Source: an uncultured Bacillota bacterium (GTDB taxonomy: Bacteria > Bacillota_I > Bacilli_A > RFN20 > CAG-826). From it: 64,000 bases of DNA. Shown piece by piece: positions 8,888-17,302 of the stretch. The translations under genes were made by a program, and so were the position numbers. How positions within the stretch are numbered: the first letter of the stretch is position 1; every line of letters begins with the position of its first letter. The notes beneath the pieces are model-generated. The model had not been told where the DNA came from and made no database searches. It saw only the letters and a list, made by a program, of their open reading frames with translations. Location of the stretch: NCBI GenBank assembly GCA_949293555.1, contig CASFDV010000003.1, forward strand, positions 7,614 to 71,613, given 5' to 3'.

Positions 8888-11809
8888 ATGAATCCTTTCC
8901 GGAACTTCTTCCTAAGGGCGCGCTTCCGTTTCCTTTCCCGCTCTCTTGAAAGGAAGGGGAAGACGGGGGAGGAGGTTCCGGAGAAGTGTCTTGACCGCTT
9001 TTCCTTCCTCCTTTCCACATTTCCGGAGGGGAGTAAGAAACGGGAGGAGGGGGACGCCCTTCTTGAACGAGCCCGAAGGAGGAACGAAGGAATCCGGAAG
9101 GCGAACCGGACGATCGTCTGGTTCCGGGAAAAGGATATTCGCCAACATCCGGAGAACATGGGAGAGGAGGAGGCGAACGGCCTTGAAGAGCTTCTGCTGG
9201 TCCTTGAGAAAGAGGGCTTCTCCAGCGGCAGCGAGCTTTCCGCGTTCCTTCGAACCGCCAAGGAGTCTCTTTCCCGGAGGAGGGAGTACCTGGAGCAAAA
9301 GGGCGTGTATGAGGCGCTCGAAGAAAACCTACGGGATATTTCCCGATGGAAAGGCTATCTCTCCACGCGCATGGGGGAGCCCTTTCGCCTGAAGGCGGCG
9401 AACCTTAGGAAGAAAGCCTCTTCCTTCGGGGCGCCTTGCTTCGCCTTTCCCGGCGGGGAAGAGGTTGAGGAGGCCGTTCGGGAGCATAACCGCCTTTATG
9501 TGGAGGAACGGCTGGGAGACTCTGTCTTCGACAACGTGAATGGTTTCTCTCTTGACCAGGACCAGAGGAAGGCGGCCTTGACAGAGGAAGAGGCGACGCT
9601 GGTCATCGCCGGGGCCGGGGCCGGGAAGACCCTGACCTTATGCGGGAAGTGCCGCTACCTTATCGAGAGGGAAGGGGTCGATCCACGGGACATCCTCCTC
9701 CTTTCTTATTCCCGGAAGTCGGCGGAGGACCTCCAAAGGAAGGCGCAAGGAATCCACCCAGCCCTCCGGGCGACGACTTTCCACGCCCTCGGGCTTTCCC
9801 TCCTTCAGGAGGCGAAAGGGAAGCGCCTGGCAGTGGAGGAGCAGTTTGAGAAGTTTGCCGAGGACTATTTCGGCGGGAAGGACAACCCCGAGCGAGCGAG
9901 GAGGATCCTCGAAATTTATGCCTGCTATTTCCCGCTCGAGGAGTCCGAGGATGGGCAAAGGGAGGAAAAGGCAATCCTCCGCATGAAGGAGAAGCGAGCC
10001 ACGACCCTCCGCTCCGCCTTCCGGAAGGAAGAGGGGAGGAAAACGGTCGCTGGCGAGGCGGTGAAATCCGAGGAAGAGCTCGCCCTCGCGAACTTCTATT
10101 TCCTGAATGGCATCGACTATGAGTACGAAAGACCCTACGAGGCGGACCTTTCCACCCCCGAGCACCGCCAATACTGCCCTGATTTTTACCTGCCGGAGGC
10201 AAAGGCATACCATGAGCACTATGGCCTTGACCGTGAAGGACGGGCCAGGCAATACACCGAGGACGAGGAGAAGCGCTACCTGAGCGGGGTTCTCTGGAAG
10301 GAGGCGGTCCACCGCGCGAATGGGACGAAATGCCTCAAAACGTATTCCTACCAGTTCAAGGACGGGACGATCTTCGACTCCCTCATGGAGCAGCTTTCCT
10401 CCCTCGGGGTGAGGCTAAAGCCCTTGTCCGGAGATGAGCTCAAGGCAGCCCAGGAGAAGGTATGGGACAGCCAGGGGTTCCGTTCCTTCCTCCAGGTCAT
10501 CCTTTCCTTCGTTCGGCTCTATAAGTCCGAATACAAGGACGAAAGCGGGTTTTCCTCTTTCCTTTCCTCCCCGAAGATCAACTATCGCTCGAAGAAGATC
10601 ATCGCCTTGTCCCGCGACTTCTACCTGGCCTACCGCGCCCGCCTCAAGGAGACGGGGAAGATCGACTTCGATGACATGATCCTCGGGGCCGCGGAGGCGC
10701 TTCCTTCCCTGGAAGGCCACTCCTATTCCCATGTGATCGTCGATGAGTTCCAGGACATTTCGTCCAGCCGGATGCGCCTTTTGGAAGCACTTCTCGCGAA
10801 AGGGGGAGGGAAGCTTTTTGCCGTCGGGGACGACTGGCAGTCCATCTATCGGTTCGCGGGATCGGACATCGGGATCTTCCTTGACCTCGGGAAGCGGTTC
10901 CCTAAGGCGGAAACCTGCTTCCTCCGCGCCACGCATAGGTCGCCGCAGGAACTCCAGGAGATCGCCGGGAACTTCGTCATGAAGAACCCGCGGCAGATCC
11001 GGAAGGACATCCATGCGGAAAAATCCTTGGCCGCGCCCGTGAAGATCCTCTATGCGAATGCCGGCAAGGAGGAGGCTCTCAGGGACGCCCTCCGCTTCCT
11101 TTCGGAAACGCTGGATGACCCCGGCGTCCTCCTCCTTGTCCGAAACAACTCCGACATAAAGCGTTACGAAGGGGAGCTCCGCTTCGCGCGAGACGGAAGA
11201 TGCAGCTCCCTGACCTTTCCGAAAATGAGGATGCGGGCCTCCACCGTCCATTCCGCAAAGGGGCTGGAAGAGGACGCCGTCATCCTTCTTTCGGGGGAAG
11301 AGGGCTACGTCGGCTTTCCCAACATGCTGGAGGACGACCCGGTCCTTTCCCTTGTTCTTTCTTCGCCCGAGCGCTTCCCCTATGCGGAGGAGAGAAGGCT
11401 CTTCTATGTCGCCATGACGAGGACCAAGTCCTATTTCCTGGCGGTCGCGGACCCGAGGCGGCCGTCGCGGTTCGTCAAGGAGATCGAGCCTTTTGCCCAA
11501 ATCCTGTCCGGCGAAGAGGATTCAGCCCACAGCACCAAGGTTCTTTGCCCCAAGTGCAAGAGCGGCCGCCTCGTTCTCCGCCAAAAGGACGGTCGCGAGT
11601 TCCTAGGCTGCTCAAATTATCCTTACTGCGATTATCGTACCTCCCGCATCAAGGAAGCATTGGCTGGTCGTCGTTGCCCCGAGTGCGGGGACTTCCTCGT
11701 GGCAAGGCAGGCGCGGAACGGGCAATGGTTCCTTGGCTGCGGCAACTACCCACGCTGCCAGCATACGGAACCCTATCGTCCGCTTAAGAACGGCCAAAAC
11801 CTCGATTAG
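8888..11809 (+). CDS. UvrD/HelD (helicase IV)-like SF1 helicase with inserted nuclease-like domain and C-terminal topoisomerase-type Zn ribbons
   Basis: AGAGAGKT, VDEFQD, VGDDWQSIYRF, HSAKGLE and EERRLFYVAMTR. C-terminal CPKC..CSNYPYC and CPEC..CGNYPRC. Confidence 0.85.
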   Translation: MNPFRNFFLRARFRFLSRSLERKGKTGEEVPEKCLDRFSFLLSTFPEGSKKREEGDALLERARRRNEGIRKANRTIVWFREKDIRQHPENMGEEEANGLEELLLVLEKEGFSSGSELSAFLRTAKESLSRRREYLEQKGVYEALEENLRDISRWKGYLSTRMGEPFRLKAANLRKKASSFGAPCFAFPGGEEVEEAVREHNRLYVEERLGDSVFDNVNGFSLDQDQRKAALTEEEATLVIAGAGAGKTLTLCGKCRYLIEREGVDPRDILLLSYSRKSAEDLQRKAQGIHPALRATTFHALGLSLLQEAKGKRLAVEEQFEKFAEDYFGGKDNPERARRILEIYACYFPLEESEDGQREEKAILRMKEKRATTLRSAFRKEEGRKTVAGEAVKSEEELALANFYFLNGIDYEYERPYEADLSTPEHRQYCPDFYLPEAKAYHEHYGLDREGRARQYTEDEEKRYLSGVLWKEAVHRANGTKCLKTYSYQFKDGTIFDSLMEQLSSLGVRLKPLSGDELKAAQEKVWDSQGFRSFLQVILSFVRLYKSEYKDESGFSSFLSSPKINYRSKKIIALSRDFYLAYRARLKETGKIDFDDMILGAAEALPSLEGHSYSHVIVDEFQDISSSRMRLLEALLAKGGGKLFAVGDDWQSIYRFAGSDIGIFLDLGKRFPKAETCFLRATHRSPQELQEIAGNFVMKNPRQIRKDIHAEKSLAAPVKILYANAGKEEALRDALRFLSETLDDPGVLLLVRNNSDIKRYEGELRFARDGRCSSLTFPKMRMRASTVHSAKGLEEDAVILLSGEEGYVGFPNMLEDDPVLSLVLSSPERFPYAEERRLFYVAMTRTKSYFLAVADPRRPSRFVKEIEPFAQILSGEEDSAHSTKVLCPKCKSGRLVLRQKDGREFLGCSNYPYCDYRTSRIKEALAGRRCPECGDFLVARQARNGQWFLGCGNYPRCQHTEPYRPLKNGQNLD

Positions 11810-11856
11810 GAAGCAGATATTCCATCAAAGAGCTGGGTTTTGCGAGGCTATTCTGC

Positions 11857-12879
11857 TTAGACGATTTCGATCGTCCCGAGGACAGGCCCTCCGTCCTCCT
11901 CGACGAAGGTGTAGCGGTGCCCTTTCTCAAGCCTTTCCACGAGGCAGCTTGCCTCCTCCTCGTCGGAGGGGGACTCCATCTCGTACTCGGCGAAGAAGCG
12001 GTCCGCCATCGCCTCGCCCCGGTACTCGAAGGAGCAGGAGGTAGTGGTCTCGCCTTCGCGGATCTGGATCTCGCTTTCGCCTTCCATGCCCTCGACCTCG
12101 CGCTCGAACTCGACCTCGCGCCAGGGCTCGGAGGCGCCCTTCTCGTAGTAGGCGTAGCTATATTCGTTCTCGCCCTGCTCGATCTCCTGCTCGGACTCGA
12201 TCCAGGAGCCGTCGGGAAGAAAGAGGATGGTCTCCACTTCCTTCTCCTCGCCCTTCTCCTCGACCCGTCCTTCGAACCGGTAGGATTCCGTCCCGGACTG
12301 GATGGTCCCGGAGAAGCGCTGGAGCTCCTCGCTCACCTTTTCTTCCTCATAGTCGATCACAAGGGACAACTCGCCGTCTTCCACCTGGATGAGGGTGTCC
12401 CCGGCAATCAGGGAGATCGAGAGGCCGTCCGTCCTCTGGAACTCCTCGACCATCTCGATGTAGCCGTCGATCTCGCCGGCAATCCTTCGGAAGTCCTGTT
12501 CCGTGAGCGGCTGCCTCATCAGGAGGGAAGAGCGCTCCTCTTCCTCGGCGAGGGTGACGAGGGAAAGGGCCTGCCTCGCGAAGGCGCCGGCCTCCTTCTC
12601 GTCGAGGGTCGTGAGCACGGGAGGGATGGAGGAGGAACCGTTCACGTCCGGATTTCCTTCTCCCTGCACCGCGAAAGGAAGGGCGATGAGAAGGGCGATC
12701 GCAGCGGCGCCCCCCGCCAGGGCGGGCGCGAGGACCTTCCAGCGGGGCGCCTTCCTCCTTCCTTCCTGGGGGATGGGCTCCACGGAAAGAACCTTCTCCC
12801 TAGTCTCCTCGAAAGCGTCGGGAAGGGGAGCCTTCCTATAGGCTTCGAGGATCTTCTTCTCGATGTCGTTCCTTCTCAT
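11857..12879 (-). CDS. Putative anti-sigma factor (single TM, acidic extracellular domain)
   Basis: Overlaps the ECF sigma stop (ATGA). Short cytoplasmic N-terminus followed by one hydrophobic helix. Confidence 0.7.
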   Translation of the reverse strand: MRRNDIEKKILEAYRKAPLPDAFEETREKVLSVEPIPQEGRRKAPRWKVLAPALAGGAAAIALLIALPFAVQGEGNPDVNGSSSIPPVLTTLDEKEAGAFARQALSLVTLAEEEERSSLLMRQPLTEQDFRRIAGEIDGYIEMVEEFQRTDGLSISLIAGDTLIQVEDGELSLVIDYEEEKVSEELQRFSGTIQSGTESYRFEGRVEEKGEEKEVETILFLPDGSWIESEQEIEQGENEYSYAYYEKGASEPWREVEFEREVEGMEGESEIQIREGETTTSCSFEYRGEAMADRFFAEYEMESPSDEEEASCLVERLEKGHRYTFVEEDGGPVLGTIEIV

Positions 12880-13394
12880 TCCTTTCCGGCCTCCTTTCTT
12901 AGCTTCTTCATCGCCCGGTGGTAGGTTACGAGCACCGCGGAGAGGCTCTTGCCCATGACGGACGCGACCTCGCGGAACTTGAGCTCGTCGAGGACGTGGA
13001 GCGTGACGACTTCCCTTTCCAAGGGAGTGAGAGGGGCGAGAAGCCGGTCGATATCGTCCTTCGGCGATTCCTCCTCCCTTCCGTCCAAACCCTCGTCGTA
13101 CTCGACCGTCTCGCGGTCCCTTCTCCTGAGCTCGTCGTAGGCGAGGTTCCGGACGATCGTGGCGAGGAAGGCATAGGGGTTGGTCCCGTCCTTGTAGGAA
13201 TGGATCCGTTCCACGAAGCGGACATAGGCTTCCTGGGTGACGTCTTCCGCCTCCTCATGCGAGGAGAGGAGCCCGTAGGCGATGTAGTGCATCTTTCGGT
13301 GGGTGGCCTCATGGAAAAGCTGGAAGCGGGAGAAGTCCCCGCCTCGCATCTCCTGGATGACCTCGTGGATTGGTTCCTGCATCGCTCCATCCAT
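12876..13394 (-). CDS. ECF RNA polymerase sigma factor
   Basis: AEDVTQEAY..NLAYDELRR (sigma2) and LTPLEREVVTL..FREVASVMG (sigma4). The start could be ATG 13382. Confidence 0.9.
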   Translation of the reverse strand: MDGAMQEPIHEVIQEMRGGDFSRFQLFHEATHRKMHYIAYGLLSSHEEAEDVTQEAYVRFVERIHSYKDGTNPYAFLATIVRNLAYDELRRRDRETVEYDEGLDGREEESPKDDIDRLLAPLTPLEREVVTLHVLDELKFREVASVMGKSLSAVLVTYHRAMKKLRKEAGKE

Positions 13395-13401
13395 GCCCCT
13401 C

Positions 13402-13436
13402 CGCCTACCAAACGGGGAAGGGGCCTCCTTTATTAC
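13402..13436 (-). promoter_or_regulatory. Putative ECF autoregulatory promoter, copy 2
   Basis: Same motif as 4997-5031, lying directly upstream of the sigma gene. Confidence 0.65.
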
Positions 13437-13462
13437 ATCCTTTTTGAAGTTTCTTTTCCTGC

Positions 13463-14206
13463 CTAGGACTTTTTCCTTTGGATCCTCATGGCGATCTTCG
13501 CTAGAAGGGAGGAAGGGAGGAGATGGAGGAAGGGGCGGATCGCCCGTGTCCTCCAGTCGGGGAACAGGTAGAAGCGGCCCTTGAGGAAACGGGGGACCGC
13601 GTAGGAGGCGACCTTCCCCGGGGTCATGCCCTTGAGGGCGAAGCGCACCCCCGCCCGTTCGGAGAAGGATGTGTCAACGGGACCTGGGCAAAGGATCGAG
13701 ATGGTCGCCTTGGACTTGCGCGCCCTGAGTTCTTCGCGGATTGCCTCAGAGAGCCTCACCACATATGCCTTGCTCGCGTAGTAGGAGGCCATGAGGGGTC
13801 CGGGGAGGAAGCCTGCGATCGAGGCGACGTTAAGGATCCTTCCTTCGTCCTTCGCCACCATGTTCCGCAGGAACGCACATGTAAGATGTTGGAGCGCGAT
13901 TACATTGGTTTCTACCAGTTTCTCTGCAGATTCCTCATCATTTTCTAGGAATTCGCCGAAGATTCCGAAGCCCGCGTTGTTGACGAGGATGTCCGCGGAA
14001 GCGAATTCCTCGATAAGGGATTCCCGCTCTTCTTTCCTCGTCAGGTCCATCGTCCGGATCTGAGAAGGCCCTTGAAGGAGGGCAGCCGTCTTCCGGAGCT
14101 CACCCTCGTTCCTTCCGACGAGGACGACCTCATACCCGCTTGAGGAAAGTTCGCGGGCGATTTCCCGCCCGATTCCCGAGGAGGCGCCAGTGACCACTGC
14201 GAGCAT
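13463..14206 (-). CDS. SDR family oxidoreductase
   Basis: TGASSGIG, NNAGFG and YYASK motifs. Confidence 0.9.
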   Translation of the reverse strand: MLAVVTGASSGIGREIARELSSSGYEVVLVGRNEGELRKTAALLQGPSQIRTMDLTRKEERESLIEEFASADILVNNAGFGIFGEFLENDEESAEKLVETNVIALQHLTCAFLRNMVAKDEGRILNVASIAGFLPGPLMASYYASKAYVVRLSEAIREELRARKSKATISILCPGPVDTSFSERAGVRFALKGMTPGKVASYAVPRFLKGRFYLFPDWRTRAIRPFLHLLPSSLLAKIAMRIQRKKS

Positions 14207-14210
14207 GGGG

Positions 14211-14861
14211 CTATTTTACCTGAACGGTGTCAGAAGGCTTTCCGGCGAGTCTCCCTTTCCGGGCCTTCGGTTTTCTATTTGGCTTGTATTCCGAAATCCA
14301 TCCCGCGATGAACAGGACCAGAAGGGCTCCGAAGAGCACGAGCCCGATCGCGGTGGGAACCGTGACGCCCAAGGGGCTCCACAAGTAGGCGAAAGCAGCA
14401 AGGATGAGCGAGGCGCAGTAAAAGACCGCGAAGACCATCATCGGCAGGAAGGAGCAGAACGCATACCCCCACTGCTCGTCCGCGCACTTCTTATCTAAAT
14501 AGAGCGTGATGACGGAGGCGGGGAACCAGCAGGCGACGTAGGCCGTCTCGAAGACAGAGCCGAAATAGAGCCCTCCCGCGGACATGACCGCGTCGAAGGA
14601 GGCCAACGCTCCCGCGGCGAGGTAGAGGAGGAAGCAAAGGCCTATCAAGATGCCCTTCACGACGGAAGCGACCTTCCCCTTCCATTCGTCCAAGACGAAG
14701 AAATGGACGTAGGAGAGAAGGAGCGCAAGGGCGAGCGCTGGGGAGACGAGGGCGATGGTGCTCCCGCCCCGGAATATGGCGGCCATCTGGGTAGGGAGAA
14801 GGGGGATGAGCAAAGGGATCGCCACCCAGGCGAGACGAGGCATTAGCCCTGTGTATTTCAT
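14211..14861 (-). CDS. Hypothetical multi-pass membrane protein
   Basis: About 6 hydrophobic segments. TATAAT lies 6 nt before ATG 14861. Confidence 0.7.
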   Translation of the reverse strand: MKYTGLMPRLAWVAIPLLIPLLPTQMAAIFRGGSTIALVSPALALALLLSYVHFFVLDEWKGKVASVVKGILIGLCFLLYLAAGALASFDAVMSAGGLYFGSVFETAYVACWFPASVITLYLDKKCADEQWGYAFCSFLPMMVFAVFYCASLILAAFAYLWSPLGVTVPTAIGLVLFGALLVLFIAGWISEYKPNRKPKARKGRLAGKPSDTVQVK

Positions 14862-14912
14862 CTTCTGATTATACAAAGGCTTCGCGATCTGGGATGAAAG
14901 GGAGCCGCCCCA

Positions 14913-16289
14913 TCAATAAAGGTCGTCCAGCGCGATGAGAAGGAGGTCTTCTCTTTTCTCAACCTCCTCCGTGAAGCCTGCCTTGGAGGCGAAGCCGTGG
15001 CGGACGACATGGAAAGGAAGCCCCTCCCACTGGGCGATTTCCTCCTCCACGTCCTTGTCCGTAAGCGGGCGGTCCACGAATTTGCACTCGATCGGGAGAT
15101 AGGCGTCCTCGTTCTTCAGCACCACGTCGAACTCGCGGTTGATCTCGCGGCCGCCTTCGCGCGCGTGATAGAAGAGCCTTCCGGCGCGCTCGAACAAAGG
15201 AAGGGCGAGCCCGTTCTCCCGATAGCAGTACTCCTTGACGACCTCCTCGAACTTCCGGGGCAAGTATTTCGTAAGGAAATCCTCGCGCACGAAGTTCTCA
15301 TAGAAGACGCGCGGGGACATTCTTTCGCGGAGTCTCGTGGAGCGGAAGAGGTATGTGTAGTAGAAATCGAGCAAGTTGTCTTTCAGGCAGTAGAGAGGCT
15401 TCCTTTCCAGCCGGTCGCTGACCATGTAGGACTTCTCGATGAGCCCGAGCTCCTCGAGCTTCCTCACGTAGCGCCCGATGTTGTCCTTCCCGGGATCCCC
15501 GAGCCTCTCATTGAGGTCCTTGTACTTCCTCACGCCGGAGGCGATGAGCTCAAGGATCGCATTCGCGTTCGCGTCCTTCGTGATTTCGTTCCGGATGGTG
15601 GCGACGGCCTCCTTCTCGAAAAAGGAATCGGGGCGGATGAACTCTTCGATCAGGTTGTCCTCGAACGGGATGGAGTAGTCAAGGTTCGCCAGGTTGAAGG
15701 CCGTCCCGCCGAAGACGGCGTAGTAGCGGAACCTTTCCTCTAGAGGCAGGGAAGCGGAGAAGGCCCCGGCGTCCTTGTAGTTGAAAGGCTTTAGGAGAAG
15801 GATCTCGTTGAACCTGCCGTACAAAGGGGAATCGCTTTCGACAAGGCGCGACATCGCCTCGATATAGGACCCGCAGAGGATGAGGGCCATCCTGGCCTTG
15901 TCCTTATTGAGCTCGATGGCCTTCTGCAGGGAGGCCTCGACCGCCTCTTCTCCTTCCGACAAGAAGGGGAACTCGTCTACGAAAAGGATGAAGGGGTGAT
16001 CGGCCGAGTAGGCGAGCAGGGTCGAGAAAAGCTCATAGAAGCTACTGGGCCGGAAGGCGGGCGCGTTCATGAACCTCGCCGCCTCCTCCCCGAAATCGGA
16101 AAGGTTCAAGGAAGGGATCGTCCTCCTGGCGATAAGCTCCAGGCAGGGCTTGCCTCTATTCTGAACGGCCTTCCTCACCAGTTCGGTCTTCCCGATCCTC
16201 CGCCTCCCATAGACCATGATGGCCTGGAAGTTCAATAAGGCAAGGCGCCGCTCGATGCGTCTCAGCTCGTTTTCTCTGCCGTAGAACAT
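14913..16289 (-). CDS. Archaeal-type AAA ATPase with wHTH and C-terminal PD-(D/E)XK-like (DUF234) domain
   Basis: MFYGRENEL, YGRRRIGKT, FVDEFP, LCGS and EFDVV...IECKF. Confidence 0.85.
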   Translation of the reverse strand: MFYGRENELRRIERRLALLNFQAIMVYGRRRIGKTELVRKAVQNRGKPCLELIARRTIPSLNLSDFGEEAARFMNAPAFRPSSFYELFSTLLAYSADHPFILFVDEFPFLSEGEEAVEASLQKAIELNKDKARMALILCGSYIEAMSRLVESDSPLYGRFNEILLLKPFNYKDAGAFSASLPLEERFRYYAVFGGTAFNLANLDYSIPFEDNLIEEFIRPDSFFEKEAVATIRNEITKDANANAILELIASGVRKYKDLNERLGDPGKDNIGRYVRKLEELGLIEKSYMVSDRLERKPLYCLKDNLLDFYYTYLFRSTRLRERMSPRVFYENFVREDFLTKYLPRKFEEVVKEYCYRENGLALPLFERAGRLFYHAREGGREINREFDVVLKNEDAYLPIECKFVDRPLTDKDVEEEIAQWEGLPFHVVRHGFASKAGFTEEVEKREDLLLIALDDLY

Positions 16290-16317
16290 CTTCTCTTCCC
16301 CTATGCGGATACTAGCA

Positions 16318-16347
16318 TACTTTCAAGTAGGCTACTTTGAAATAGGC
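16318..16347. repeat. Two tandem 15-bp near-palindromic repeats upstream of the ATPase
   Basis: TACTTTCAAGTAGGC and TACTTTGAAATAGGC (13/15 identical). Confidence 0.6.
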
Positions 16348-16525
16348 TGATTCCACAAATAATTCTTTGATCCCGCCAGAAAAGGGATCTCTTGGGTGCA
16401 ATCAATCGTTTTCCCTGCAAACCACGCGGATTCGCGCGGTTGTTGTTGGTCAATCTCTGTGCATTGCCCAACCCCTTCGCAAACAAAAAAGTCTGCCTTC
16501 AATGGGATGGCAGACAGGATTCGCG

Positions 16526-16601
16526 TGGTGGCCCAAGGCGGAATCGAACCGCCGACACAGGGATTTTCAGTCCCTTGCTCTACCGACTGAGCTATCGGGC
16601 C
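16526..16601 (-). tRNA. tRNA-Phe(GAA)
   Basis: GGCCCGATAGCTCAGTCGGTAGAGC...CTGAAAA...GTTCGATTCC...ACCA forms a cloverleaf. Confidence 0.97.
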
Positions 16602-16605
16602 GCGC

Positions 16606-16682
16606 TGGCGGACCATACGGGATTCGAACCCGTGATCTCCTCCGTGACAGGGAGGCATGTTAGGCCGCTACACCAATGGTCC
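16606..16682 (-). tRNA. tRNA-Asp(GTC)
   Basis: GGACCATTGGTGTAGCGG...CTGTCAC...GTTCGAATCC...GCCA. Confidence 0.97.
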
Positions 16683-16810
16683 AACTTGCAGCGCTCGCGC
16701 ATTATCGGGCTTCCTCCTTTCCTACGCAACTGATTTCGCTCGAGAACCCATCCTTTCGCTTGCCGAACATCGTCCATGTCCTCCTTGGCCAAGGCTGATG
16801 CGTTTCTCAG

Positions 16811-16839
16811 TTGACGTTTGCTCACACTGTGAGTTAATT
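16811..16839 (+). promoter_or_regulatory. Promoter with palindromic operator CTCACA-C-TGTGAG (16821-16833)
   Basis: TTGACG at 16811, with a perfect inverted repeat in the spacer, upstream of the MarR gene. Confidence 0.55.
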
Positions 16840-16864
16840 GCCGGCGTCCCTCGGAGGAGGGCCT

Positions 16865-17302
16865 ATGGACAAGGAAAAGTACGACATCGCCTATGAACGG
16901 ATCCGCCAGATCCTCCTGAACCTTTCCTCGATGCCGCGCGAAGGGCGCCCCATGGAGCACGGCAAGGGCACCTTCCTCATCCTCCTGGCTCTCGCCGATG
17001 CCGGAGGCTCCCTCCTCTCAGGGGACATCGCGCGCCGGATCAAGGTGGGCACAGGGAGGGTGGCGACCGCTCTAAACGTCCTCGAGGCCAAGGGCTACGT
17101 CCTCCGCTCCGTTCCCGAGGAGGATCGGCGGAAGGTGCTGGTTACCTTGACTGAGGAGGGACGCTCGTTCGTCGACGGCCTTCGTTCCGCCTTCCATTCC
17201 TCCCTCGACGACGTCGTCCAGGCCATCGGGGAGGAACGCTTCTTCTCCTTCCTCGATACCTATGTCGAGATTTCCGCCGTGCTTTCAAGGAGAAAGGGCT
17301 AG
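16865..17302 (+). CDS. MarR family regulator
   Basis: LEAKGYVLR..EEDRRKVLVTLTEEG. SD GGAGGAGG precedes ATG 16865. Confidence 0.9.
   Translation: MDKEKYDIAYERIRQILLNLSSMPREGRPMEHGKGTFLILLALADAGGSLLSGDIARRIKVGTGRVATALNVLEAKGYVLRSVPEEDRRKVLVTLTEEGRSFVDGLRSAFHSSLDDVVQAIGEERFFSFLDTYVEISAVLSRRKG

Noticed and set aside
16332-16733. Short ORFs over the tRNA pair
   Set aside because: Spurious translations of tRNA-Phe and tRNA-Asp.
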